Notes under the pieces: model-generated | What the model saw: only the letters and a program-made list of their open reading frames with translations | Told to the model about the DNA's origin: nothing | Database searches by the model: none | Position numbers and translations under genes: made by a program | Source: a virus | Strand: one strand, 5' to 3' | IMG/VR virus record: IMGVR_UViG_3300032046_000001 | Span: 232,551-296,550 of that record | DNA length: 64,000 bases | Part shown: in pieces, positions 43,754 to 53,506 of the stretch | Layout: every line of letters starts with the position of its first letter | How positions within the stretch are numbered: the stretch's first letter is position 1

Positions 43754-46537
43754 TTATTTTATTTTCTCTCCAAGTAGGATCTTATCTATTATTCCTGAAT
43801 ATTGACCAACTTCAAAAAGACCTTTTATGATACTTCTTTTTGGATCTGAAAAACCAAGACTTAGAATCCATGATTCGAATGCCGGAACTTGTTGTATACT
43901 ATGCCATTCTGGTTTAACATTCTCTCTATTTTCAACCAATCTCCATTTTGTATAACCACTCCACATTAATTGACTAATGACAGCTTCAATATGAATATGA
44001 TGAATCTTTCCATTATTATTATAAATTTTGAATAATTTTTCTGCCATTTCACCAGGAATTTGATTATCACTAAAATGATGAAAAGCATCACAAGCAACCG
44101 AAAGATCAGCAACAATATCATCTTGTTTTAAATCACCATCAGATTTTGCACCTCTAATATTTGCAACACCTGACGTATGAAATGTTCTTAGAATCAATTG
44201 AGTAGACCGTTCACCTAATGTTTGTGCTGCAATAATACCAATATATTTACTATTTAAAATCTTGTAAAGATTACCATAACATTTGTGACAAATTTTATTA
44301 CTTCTACAATATATCGGTGATCTCAAAAGAATGATTTTACCAATTAGATTCTTATAATTTTCTTTTGTAATTTCAACATATTCATTATTATCATTTAAAT
44401 AATAACGATATAATAACATCTCGGCTTTTTGTACAGAATCGACATTGATAGTTAAGTGATCTCTTGTTCCACAATCTTCTAAATCAAGATCCTTTTGAAG
44501 ATTAACACAAGAAAAATTTAATTTTCTTGAAAGATAGCCAGATTCCCCTGTATTTAAAGCAACATCTAATAATCCTTTTCTACATCCGTATGTTGATATA
44601 AAAAATTCTTCAGGTGTTAAACCATCTAATAAACTCGATTTAACTGGTGTTGGTATAATCTCACCTTTAAAGTTCGAAATAAAACCTCTTGATAGAATAA
44701 TTTGTCTTGCTTGATCCCATGTTCCTCTAGATCCAGAACTAATCATATAAGAATAGTTAAAATTTTCTTTCAAAAAGTTTTCTGTTTCCAGACTGGAAAT
44801 TTTATTTAACTGGGTTACGATATTATCAGATTCATATAATTCTTTCTTAAGCGAATCATCTTTTAATTCGAATGAATCCAATGACATTGTTGGACCAAAT
44901 AAGGTAGCGTATTTAAAACCGCAATTTTTAATCTGATCTAAAATTTCAGCTAGGATCGTGTAGTCATATTTTGATTTAATATCTTCTAAAATATTTAATA
45001 GTTCTTTCTTTGATATTATCTTATCAATTATAGGATAATCATTCGGTAAACAATCATTGAATATTTTTCTACTTTCTGTAATTTTTTGACCTTTACAAAC
45101 GACCATCTTTTTCAATTTTGGAAATTGATTTGAAGTTAATGCGTATATACCAAGAATCATATCTTGAGAATGAGTAGTTGTTAATAATCCATTTGCGGGA
45201 TTACTCAAATTTTTAGTTATTAAAAATTTATCATAGACTTCTTGTTTTGATTCTTCTGATATAGGCACATATACAGCCATCTGATCACCATCAAAATCTG
45301 CATTAAAACAACCACAAACTAACGGGTGAATCTTGATTGTATTATTCCCATGAATTCGATATACTGTTTCATTATTATCATCTTTCTTTTCGAAAATGAC
45401 AGAATTATTATTATCTAATTTTATTTTGAAACCTAACATACCCAATCTGTGAAGAGAAGGTTGTCGATTAATAATACACACTTGAGGATGTTGTTCAAAA
45501 TATTCTTTGACAAATTCGAATAAATAATATGATTTTGTAAGAATCGTCTGATCTAATATTTGAATCGCACTATTAAGAAATTTAACTATTCCGCGATATG
45601 TCATTTCTTTTGCGATGTCAATTTTAAATAATTCAAGAATCATACTATAAGGTAAAATACACTCATCTAATTTCAACATTGGATCTGGTGTGATCACAGC
45701 CCTACCTGAAAAATCAATTCTCTTACCTAATATATGTCCTCTGATTAAACCATCTTTTTCTGACATTGACGATAAAATATAACCATATAGTTCATTCACA
45801 TCTTTTTGAAGTTGATGATAATATTGATAATATATTTTTTTATCATTCGCAATATCATAGTTTGTATTGGCCATAATTTCTTTTTTGGTTAATAACCTGA
45901 TATAGAATCTATTTATTTTATCTACGATTTGGTTACGATTATTTTTTTCTGTGATTTTTGATGCAGGACGTAAATCAGCAGGTAAGACAATAACTTCATT
46001 AATCAATACGTTATGAATATTGTCATATATATATTTCCATTTTGGATCATCCAACTTATATTTTGAAGTTTCATACAATAATTTTATAACAGCTCCCATT
46101 TTATCCCATCTTTCAGAATCAGATGGAATATTATTAGGATCATCTGTCACTAAATATTTTTCACCTTTTTTATATAATATACTTCTTTCATTTGAAATTA
46201 ATATATCAACCAGGGATTTAATTTTAGAACCACATAAACTGGAAATCAAATCGTAAAAAATTGGATTCATAACTGGTAAAGGAAGTTTGATTTTTGCAAA
46301 TCTTTTTCTTCTTTCACCACAATTAGTTATTTCCACACCACATATTTTACAAACTTCACCTTCACCAGAAAGTCCATAAAAAGTTCCACATTGACATGTA
46401 TAATTTTTTACTGGACCAAAAATCTGTTCAGAAAATAAACCATCTTCTGTAAATCTGCCACGATTATTAATTATTTTTGAAGTTTTGATTTCTTTCAAAT
46501 CTTCACAAAAGTCATGTATATCTAAGAGTTTCGACAT
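43754..46537 (-). CDS. rpoC: DNA-directed RNA polymerase beta-prime subunit, compact bacterial type (927 aa)
   Basis: N-terminal Zn ribbon CQCGTFYG...CKICGVE. Catalytic NADFDGDQMAVYVP. Bacterial-like throughout but about 480 aa shorter than E. coli RpoC. Confidence 0.9.
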   Translation of the reverse strand: MSKLLDIHDFCEDLKEIKTSKIINNRGRFTEDGLFSEQIFGPVKNYTCQCGTFYGLSGEGEVCKICGVEITNCGERRKRFAKIKLPLPVMNPIFYDLISSLCGSKIKSLVDILISNERSILYKKGEKYLVTDDPNNIPSDSERWDKMGAVIKLLYETSKYKLDDPKWKYIYDNIHNVLINEVIVLPADLRPASKITEKNNRNQIVDKINRFYIRLLTKKEIMANTNYDIANDKKIYYQYYHQLQKDVNELYGYILSSMSEKDGLIRGHILGKRIDFSGRAVITPDPMLKLDECILPYSMILELFKIDIAKEMTYRGIVKFLNSAIQILDQTILTKSYYLFEFVKEYFEQHPQVCIINRQPSLHRLGMLGFKIKLDNNNSVIFEKKDDNNETVYRIHGNNTIKIHPLVCGCFNADFDGDQMAVYVPISEESKQEVYDKFLITKNLSNPANGLLTTTHSQDMILGIYALTSNQFPKLKKMVVCKGQKITESRKIFNDCLPNDYPIIDKIISKKELLNILEDIKSKYDYTILAEILDQIKNCGFKYATLFGPTMSLDSFELKDDSLKKELYESDNIVTQLNKISSLETENFLKENFNYSYMISSGSRGTWDQARQIILSRGFISNFKGEIIPTPVKSSLLDGLTPEEFFISTYGCRKGLLDVALNTGESGYLSRKLNFSCVNLQKDLDLEDCGTRDHLTINVDSVQKAEMLLYRYYLNDNNEYVEITKENYKNLIGKIILLRSPIYCRSNKICHKCYGNLYKILNSKYIGIIAAQTLGERSTQLILRTFHTSGVANIRGAKSDGDLKQDDIVADLSVACDAFHHFSDNQIPGEMAEKLFKIYNNNGKIHHIHIEAVISQLMWSGYTKWRLVENRENVKPEWHSIQQVPAFESWILSLGFSDPKRSIIKGLFEVGQYSGIIDKILLGEKIK

Positions 46538-46542
46538 TAATT

Positions 46543-46968
46543 TTATATCCCCAATTTGTGTAAATTAAAAAAATTTGATATTTTACCAATTATTGAGTTC
46601 TCTTTTTTCTCTACCTTTTTCATATATTCTTGATGATCATATGGTTCATACTCTATATAATTAAATGGAGTGAAATAACAATTATTTAAATTATAAGTTC
46701 TGATTAAATTTTCAATTAATTTAATTAAATCATTTGATAATACTTTATATTTGACATTAGCTGATAAACAAAATAAATCAGTATATGGATCGGCATTACA
46801 ATGATCAGCATCTAATTTAATACTAATTAATTTATTTTTGCCATCTGTTATTCTAACTGAATATTTATCAATTATATAATTTGGATCTATTTTTGTTATT
46901 CTGTAAATTTTATTATTATGAATCATTCTCTCAGGTACAAGTTTTTTTGCTATTACAAACTGTTTCAT
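46543..46968 (-). CDS. hypothetical protein, candidate E2/UBC-like partner of the adjacent E1
   Basis: DADHCNADPYTDLFCLSANV resembles a degenerate HPN...C UBC active-site segment. Starts in the ATGA overlap with the E1-like gene. Low confidence. Confidence 0.3.
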   Translation of the reverse strand: MKQFVIAKKLVPERMIHNNKIYRITKIDPNYIIDKYSVRITDGKNKLISIKLDADHCNADPYTDLFCLSANVKYKVLSNDLIKLIENLIRTYNLNNCYFTPFNYIEYEPYDHQEYMKKVEKKENSIIGKISNFFNLHKLGI

Positions 46969-47861
46969 TATGCTGCACCAGACTCTGGAAGAAGATTTAT
47001 AATATAATTATTTTGAGTCTGTGTAATTGAAATGATGTAATAGAGTTCAGGTTCATTTGAATTATTTATTAGATGTGACATTGTTGAAATGATATCATTA
47101 GCTGATTGAATTGAATTTTTGGGAATTTTTCTAATTGGATATTTATTAGAATCACCAATTGTTATTAGAACATCTTTATTTCTATTCTCCTGAATTATAT
47201 CAGTTACATTCTCTTCAAAATTTAATAATTTCTTAGATGCTTCATAATCTATAATCATGTTTCTATTATTATATTTTTTCTTGATATCATTGGATACTTC
47301 ATCTAAATAATCAAGAGATATTTCTTTCACTATTTGATTATCAATCATATAATTAATAAAACCACTTTGTAGAAAAGATGTTGCTATCATTGTTGCTTTT
47401 CTTAAATCATTTTTTGATAACAGTGTTGTATATCGGCCTTCATAATTCTTATCATATGTTATATTTTTTCTACAATCTACAACAAGATATCTGGACGTGA
47501 TATACAATCTAACATCTATTTTATTTTTGCGATTATAAACAAAATCTCGACAATCAATTATTAAATCTGAATATGGGAGTTCCGTAATTTCTTCTTCATA
47601 TCTAGTTGTTAATATTTCAACATCTATATTACTTTGATCTTTTATGATATCATGAAGAACTGTTGTTTTATATTTTCCAACATCACTCTTTCTATATATT
47701 GAATTATATGTATTCTTCATTTCAACTCTATCATAATCAACCAAGATTAATTTTTGTAAATTATCCAGTTCGGATAATGATTGAGACAAAAAACTACCTA
47801 TGGTACCAAGACCAATAACTGCTACTGTTTTTATAGAAGATTCCTCCACAATTTTTTTCAA
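46968..47861 (-). CDS. ThiF/MoeB/E1-like adenylyltransferase
   Basis: TVAVIGLGTIGSFLSQSLSELDNLQKLILVDYDRVEMKNTYNSIYRKSDVG carries the Rossmann GxGxxG plus the D.D.VE.(S)N..RQ-like motif. Confidence 0.65.
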   Translation of the reverse strand: MKKIVEESSIKTVAVIGLGTIGSFLSQSLSELDNLQKLILVDYDRVEMKNTYNSIYRKSDVGKYKTTVLHDIIKDQSNIDVEILTTRYEEEITELPYSDLIIDCRDFVYNRKNKIDVRLYITSRYLVVDCRKNITYDKNYEGRYTTLLSKNDLRKATMIATSFLQSGFINYMIDNQIVKEISLDYLDEVSNDIKKKYNNRNMIIDYEASKKLLNFEENVTDIIQENRNKDVLITIGDSNKYPIRKIPKNSIQSANDIISTMSHLINNSNEPELYYIISITQTQNNYIINLLPESGAA

Positions 47862-47981
47862 TATCTAAAATTGGTGGGTAATTAAAGTTAAATAAAATAT
47901 ATTTTTAATTTGTTATTTAAATAAATTTTTTATTCCCATAAAAAAATAAAAAAATAAATTAGGATAATTATAGGATAAGGG

Positions 47982-48007
47982 AAGGGATGGAATTTCTTCC
48001 ATCCCTT
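47982..48007. terminator. 11-bp hairpin (aagggatggaa-tttc-ttccatccctt)
   Basis: Perfect inverted repeat 50 nt 3' of the 48057 gene end on the - strand. Followed on + by ttttccactt and on - by an AU-rich tract. Confidence 0.35.
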
Positions 48008-48056
48008 TTTCCACTTATGTACTACACCCGGTATATCATATTATAATATTGGGTTA

Positions 48057-48611
48057 TTAACCCTTGCGATCGGCAGGCTTCGTGAACTCCAGGGTCAAAT
48101 CAGTCGATGTCAAAACGTAGTCGTATGCTACCTCGGTCGTACCGTTGACCAAAGCTTTGGAACCGGCAGCGATATTGAACGCTCCACTGAGCAAATTGAA
48201 TACTTCCTGGACTGCATGTCCTACGGTGTCTTCGATCTCCTGTTTGTTGGTACCGCAGGTAACGACAATCTTGGTGTTGACACAGCCGTCATTGGCATTG
48301 GTGACAGTAAACGTACCGGAAACCGCAGCAAGGGCAACCCTGGTAAAATGGGCAATGAGAAGTTCCACCAAAATAGCCTTGGGTTGTTTTCCCAGACCGG
48401 ACATACCATTTTCCTCGGCCAGCGTGAGCAGATCGGTAACAGACATTGCATTCAATTGTTCCCGGCTAAGAACCTCGGATTTCTCGACCATATCGTTCTC
48501 AATTACTTTGGCAATCATCTCGACGGTCTGTCCGTCCAATCCAGTGATCCCACGTCCAGCAGCGATTTGAAGAAGTTCGGCCTTTGACTTACCATTCAGT
48601 GCTTGATTCAT
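48057..48611 (-). CDS. GC-rich hypothetical protein (184 aa) with two N-terminal HeH/Rho-N-like motifs
   Basis: KAELLQIAAGRGITGLDGQTVEMIAKVIE and VTDLLTLAEENGMSGLGKQPKAILVELLI. AAGGAG SD. Local GC far above background, so many spurious overlapping ORFs on both strands. Confidence 0.5.
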   Translation of the reverse strand: MNQALNGKSKAELLQIAAGRGITGLDGQTVEMIAKVIENDMVEKSEVLSREQLNAMSVTDLLTLAEENGMSGLGKQPKAILVELLIAHFTRVALAAVSGTFTVTNANDGCVNTKIVVTCGTNKQEIEDTVGHAVQEVFNLLSGAFNIAAGSKALVNGTTEVAYDYVLTSTDLTLEFTKPADRKG

Positions 48612-48784
48612 AAAAATAATTCTCCTTTTGGAAATAGATTAGGTTCACTAAGTGAATCCTTTGAGATAAAATACAGCGGCGACATTAATTATTTTTTTCT
48701 ATCTCCTAAATAATTATAGCACCTCCCTTTGGATTTATCCATGAAGTTAGAGAGTTAAGACAACTCTCTCTTGATGGATTCTAT

Positions 48785-49051
48785 TTACTGAGTAAATTCC
48801 TGAAGCTTTTTCACTTTTCCCTCAATCCAATCAATACGATTCTTGGCATCCTGTTGACCAGCCTTAGCAGCCGAAATCTGATGATTTAGTTTCTGCACTT
48901 TTCGTGTCAAGGATTCAATTCGTTGTTCCTCCATTTGCGATGCCTGTTGAAGTTTCTTCTCAGCAACTGCAAACATTTTCAATGCGTTACCAAGAACTGT
49001 GGGAGCAACATTAATACCAAAATGAGATAATAAAATATAAAACCAGTCCAT
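48785..49051 (-). CDS. small coiled-coil protein (88 aa)
   Basis: N-terminal hydrophobic stretch, then QQASQMEEQRIESLTRKVQKLNHQISAAKAGQQDAKNRI. Confidence 0.4.
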   Translation of the reverse strand: MDWFYILLSHFGINVAPTVLGNALKMFAVAEKKLQQASQMEEQRIESLTRKVQKLNHQISAAKAGQQDAKNRIDWIEGKVKKLQEFTQ

Positions 49052-49095
49052 TACAGACCTCCTTTACAATATTAAAAAGTACGAATTGTACCTTT

Positions 49096-49115
49096 CACAT
49101 ATTTATTATATATAG
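49096..49115 (-). promoter_or_regulatory. variant of the promoter-like motif (CACATATTTATTATATATAG), 44 nt upstream of the 49051 start
   Basis: Similar to the 20-mer. Confidence 0.35.
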
Positions 49116-49167
49116 ATATAATCGTATATACAAGAATTTAAATATTTGGGTGCTTTGTATAATTAAA

Positions 49168-49869
49168 CTATACTGGGAACTGTTTGGCTAAAACTTCACC
49201 TGTGAGAATATCGAAATCATTCTCACAGGTGGTATCGAGTTGACCAAGGATACAGATCTTGTAAAATCGACACAACACAATCCATGCCGCTCCCATGTTT
49301 GCGAATAACAATTGTGGTTCTGCTTGATGCAATGCCTCACATCCGAGACGCTGAGGGTGTTGTCCATCACCAACGGATATCTCTTCATGGTATCTGGTAA
49401 TTGACGCAGTGTAGTTTTGTCCTGCAATCCGAACGTTTGTCAAAACATCGCCGGTGTAGAATCCATTACCCCCAGAAATTAAAACTACATTTTGCAGGGT
49501 AGCAACTTTTTCTGCAATCAACGCTCTGGTATCATGATTGTCAACACACACTAATACAATATCATCTTCTTGGATGATACTACTAATGTTGCTCTCACTG
49601 AGATATTCAGGAACCGAATGGATAGTTAAATCATACTTCTGCATGAGTTCGGTGGCTTTAATCTCGGCTTTATTACCGAAGTTATAAAAATCCTGTCTCT
49701 CCCGATTACGCTGCTCGAAGCTATCTCCGTCTACGATAGTTACCTCGAAGGTGTCAGCCTCTTCGCCTTCTGCTGGTTGCGGATGATAATAATTGAGGAA
49801 TTGGCACAACGGATCAAGTAATTTAGTACCAATACCACCAGCACCTATAACTTTAATCGACCGATTCAT
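49168..49869 (-). CDS. ThiF/MoeB/E1-like adenylyltransferase (233 aa)
   Basis: IKVIGAGGIGTKLLDPLCQFL. TIVDGDSFEQRNRERQ. LVCVDNHDTRALI. SGGNGFYTGDV. Confidence 0.7.
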   Translation of the reverse strand: MNRSIKVIGAGGIGTKLLDPLCQFLNYYHPQPAEGEEADTFEVTIVDGDSFEQRNRERQDFYNFGNKAEIKATELMQKYDLTIHSVPEYLSESNISSIIQEDDIVLVCVDNHDTRALIAEKVATLQNVVLISGGNGFYTGDVLTNVRIAGQNYTASITRYHEEISVGDGQHPQRLGCEALHQAEPQLLFANMGAAWIVLCRFYKICILGQLDTTCENDFDILTGEVLAKQFPV

Positions 49870-51133
49870 ATGCTGAAATCTCCTCTTTTGTCATAATGAT
49901 TACTCCTTCAGAGTCAATCATGTTGCCATTAGAATCATATGATAATTCAAAATCGCGGTTGTTGTTTGGTGTGTGTTCACCATAACATCCCATAGTTGTC
50001 AATAATAAGTCATCGACCAATCCACCTTCCATTGCCTGAATAGCAATATTACGATAATGACACTTTGGACAGATGGTATAATCAATTAGTGGATAATAAT
50101 CTGTATCATCACTACCATAACAATCAGGACGGGCAATTGGAGATGTTGGTGAATATTCAGGAGTTTTAGCAGGACTTGGAAGATACTTCGTTTCCGACGG
50201 AACATATGTGTTGTTTGATTGGGAAGAACATTTGATAAGTTTACCACCAACGAATTTATATACTACATCGGGTGTATAAACCATGTTCTCATACCATTCT
50301 ATGGGAACCTCAACAGCATCCATATCAACGTCTAAACTAAAATGAAATTTAGTTGCAACCGATTGCGCTGTTACATCTGTCATATTATGAGTCGATACTT
50401 TAGATGCGGCATAATCTTCCCATACAGCACCCGAAGACACATACTTGGTTTCTTCCCGACTTGTGATTGTAACATCAAGATATCTTAATATTTCCTCCTC
50501 TTTAAGTTGAAATCTATTGCCGTTAATAACAATCGCTGCCGTGACCGATGGGGTATCTGTATTTATGTGTCCAAACACAATATGAATACCATCCAACTCA
50601 CCCTCACTACCTTTGTCGGTACCACTATGAAACGCCGACATTGCACCACCGTGTGAGTGTAGTGTTCCAACATACATAAAATCTTTCGGTGGACTGGAAT
50701 TCTTCCAATCCGTTGACGCGCCCGAAATTTTCTGATTGGGAACATCAAATAAATAAAACTCGGTATATGGATTATAGAAAATCCGTATACCAGCTTCAGA
50801 TTTGTACGTTTCATAGATCTGTTTGAAAAACTTAAGACCTTGAGCTAACAAATCTTTGTGAATCTTCGGTATCTTCATCTCCCCAAACGGTTGTAGTTTG
50901 GGGAGATGACTGATTCCATTAACCTTAGTTAAACTTCTCAATAATTGTTGATTCTTTAGAACAAAGTTGCCGTTACCGGCAACGATGTATAAAAGATCCT
51001 GGTCTTCAGGCAAGACATAATCCTTCGGTAATATAATAACAGGAATTTCACCAAATTTCATATTAATTATCCTCACTAACATTTGGAATTGTTGATGGAT
51101 AATATCCATCAGAAAACGTATGAGTATTCCCAT
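49853..51133 (-). CDS. JAB/MPN (JAMM-like) metallopeptidase-domain protein with a 220-aa C-terminal extension
   Basis: GTLHSHGGAMSAFHSGTD matches HxH-x(8)-S-xx-D, the JAMM motif with one extra residue. Its 3' end overlaps the E1 start. Confidence 0.6.
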   Translation of the reverse strand: MGILIRFLMDIIHQQFQMLVRIINMKFGEIPVIILPKDYVLPEDQDLLYIVAGNGNFVLKNQQLLRSLTKVNGISHLPKLQPFGEMKIPKIHKDLLAQGLKFFKQIYETYKSEAGIRIFYNPYTEFYLFDVPNQKISGASTDWKNSSPPKDFMYVGTLHSHGGAMSAFHSGTDKGSEGELDGIHIVFGHINTDTPSVTAAIVINGNRFQLKEEEILRYLDVTITSREETKYVSSGAVWEDYAASKVSTHNMTDVTAQSVATKFHFSLDVDMDAVEVPIEWYENMVYTPDVVYKFVGGKLIKCSSQSNNTYVPSETKYLPSPAKTPEYSPTSPIARPDCYGSDDTDYYPLIDYTICPKCHYRNIAIQAMEGGLVDDLLLTTMGCYGEHTPNNNRDFELSYDSNGNMIDSEGVIIMTKEEISAYESVD

Positions 51134-53477
51134 TTACAAAATTCGGGAGACTCTCATAAACAACATGTGAATGGTTTTTAGATAATCTGGGGTCTAAAAT
51201 ACCATATCTCTTAAAATCTGGATTATTCTGTGAACTTACCACAGCCTTTGAACGGAAAGATCCTGTTTTCACAAAAACAGGATCAATTAACATATACAAC
51301 TTTCCGAGGTATGTGTTGTCATCATTGAAAACGAATAAATTATCACTTTTGGTACATAGATCACCTGTCTGCCAAGGAATCTTGGCCAAGTTTATTGTTT
51401 CGGGTGTTCTGGCTGATGTAACTACGTTGAAGTTATTGGTTAAATCTTCAACAGTAATTGTCAGACCATTTCCACACAATATAAGAGGCTTTTCACCATC
51501 GACAATAAATGCGTCAATTCTGTTTATCACCTTTTTCGGAAATCCTAATATTCCAGGATTCTTAGCTTGGATAAGACCAACTTCAATACCATTCAGAGAC
51601 TTGGATGCTTTCCTAATAGATCCGATGTAAACTCTACCGTTTGATAGGTTGATATATTGAGAACTAGTTGTTTCTTCACCACATCGTAATTCAAAATTCA
51701 AATAACCATTTGATCTGGCAAATGCTGTAATCGTCCAGATTTTACCAATTGTATCAGGATTGTTCCAGTTAGGACATACAACCTCATCACCAACACTGAA
51801 ATTGATATCGACATCATATGATGGTATATGTAACTTGGTACCATCATTCGTCAATATATCCTCAAGTGCTGTTTCGCGGAAGAAAGTACTGCTCCAGATA
51901 TTGGATGAGTCGTTACTGGAAAAAATGCCTATGCCTTTTACAATACGAAAATCTCGATCGGTTATAATCTGATCCAAAAATCTGAATGTTCTGGATTGAG
52001 TAATCCTTGGGTCATTTGCTTCAAAAATTGAGAAATCACCATTATAGATTGAATCTACAGAGATTCCTCGCTCATCACCATCACCACCGAAGAATATGTG
52101 GAGAATGTTGTAAGAATTATTCTGAATACGAAGCATTCTCCCGGTGAAGTAGGTCCGATATTGATTATTAAAGATCACATAATCCTTACCAGAAACCAAT
52201 TCAGTATCGCCAGCCTTCACAGAATCGATTACGTCATATGTACCATCCAATGCCAGAAAGAACTTTGAACCGATGACGAATTCAATCGTATTATCTCTGG
52301 CTAACCTAATCTTATCTACAACCTCATAGGTATTCATAGATTTGATTTTGATTATTGTGCCTGATGATACGGTTTTACCATCAACTGTTAATGATTGTAA
52401 ATAATTCGTTCTTTGAGCGGCAACATCTGTTTCCCATTGGGCTAATAAGGCTGGTGTTAACTCAACAGTAATTTTTTCATTATTGAGATTAACCAGTTCC
52501 ACCTGTTTAGGTGTATTAAAATTTCCCCTAATGGTATCAATATACCAATCTGCTTCTTCATATATTAATTTGTCGCCAATACTTACGACGCTCTCAACTA
52601 ACCTGAAATTTTGATATATGGTTGATCCATTACCTCCAGATAGTTGTTCGTCAAGTGGTACAACAAACACTCTCTCAAAGGTTGGAACTGTTCTAGAGAC
52701 AACAAAAGTATCAATCTCCTGATACAATGTTTTATCGTGCATTATCAATGGAATGTTAAATCCGAATGTTGGTTTTTGACTAGCCATTGACCAAGCCAGA
52801 AAGGAATTCATCGGCGGTGTATTCTTGTATTTATCATGACGACAGCGATATTCCGCTGCAAATGGTGCTGCCCAATACAGAGCAATTAATTCTTCAACAG
52901 CAGATGACAGAGTATGAGTTTGTTTTGACCATGAACGTTTGTTACCACCAAAACAAACTTCATTGCCACTACTAACATTAAATAAATTTGCATATCCCAA
53001 ATAGTCGCCGGATGCTCCCAATGGATGATTTCGGAAAAATACCCGACAATAGGGAACTTCAAATACATCCTTTTTTTCCTGAACGAAGAGAAGAAACACT
53101 ATATATGGTAATTGGATTCGGAGCGAGTACGGTATTTGTTGCCCTTCCAGCAACGATTCTAGTCCTAGTGCCGCCTGTCCACTCTTCTTGGTTGTTCTTG
53201 TTTCTTCAACAAAATCCCAGTCAAACTTCAAATGTCTTGATCTTGGAGCTTCCTCAATAACCAGAACTCTTGCACCACCTGAGCATGGAATATTTAATCT
53301 ACAATTCCTGGGCAAAACATGACAGTCAGATCCCAACTGACTGGTAATTCGGGCAATATAATCTGCTGTTCGTATTAATTTTTTCCTGAAGACTGGTTGG
53401 GCTTCACCATTTTCTCCAATAATGGATTCAACAAACGATGTAGTTTCTTTGTCGATTATTAACGTGGGATTTGTCAT
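51063..53477 (-). CDS. large hypothetical protein (804 aa), moderately GC-rich
   Basis: Long ORF overlapping the JAB gene start. No confident domains. Confidence 0.5.
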   Translation of the reverse strand: MTNPTLIIDKETTSFVESIIGENGEAQPVFRKKLIRTADYIARITSQLGSDCHVLPRNCRLNIPCSGGARVLVIEEAPRSRHLKFDWDFVEETRTTKKSGQAALGLESLLEGQQIPYSLRIQLPYIVFLLFVQEKKDVFEVPYCRVFFRNHPLGASGDYLGYANLFNVSSGNEVCFGGNKRSWSKQTHTLSSAVEELIALYWAAPFAAEYRCRHDKYKNTPPMNSFLAWSMASQKPTFGFNIPLIMHDKTLYQEIDTFVVSRTVPTFERVFVVPLDEQLSGGNGSTIYQNFRLVESVVSIGDKLIYEEADWYIDTIRGNFNTPKQVELVNLNNEKITVELTPALLAQWETDVAAQRTNYLQSLTVDGKTVSSGTIIKIKSMNTYEVVDKIRLARDNTIEFVIGSKFFLALDGTYDVIDSVKAGDTELVSGKDYVIFNNQYRTYFTGRMLRIQNNSYNILHIFFGGDGDERGISVDSIYNGDFSIFEANDPRITQSRTFRFLDQIITDRDFRIVKGIGIFSSNDSSNIWSSTFFRETALEDILTNDGTKLHIPSYDVDINFSVGDEVVCPNWNNPDTIGKIWTITAFARSNGYLNFELRCGEETTSSQYINLSNGRVYIGSIRKASKSLNGIEVGLIQAKNPGILGFPKKVINRIDAFIVDGEKPLILCGNGLTITVEDLTNNFNVVTSARTPETINLAKIPWQTGDLCTKSDNLFVFNDDNTYLGKLYMLIDPVFVKTGSFRSKAVVSSQNNPDFKRYGILDPRLSKNHSHVVYESLPNFVNGNTHTFSDGYYPSTIPNVSEDN

Positions 53478-53506
53478 GATAACATCCTTTCCAAGTAATA
53501 TAAAAT

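Noticed and set aside
48145-48587. Three overlapping ORFs on both strands at 48.1-48.6 kb. Similar stacks occur at 14499..15471 and 16869..17384.
   Set aside because: These are artefacts of locally high GC, which reduces stop-codon frequency in all frames. Only the frame with an SD, a sensible N-terminus and motifs was kept.
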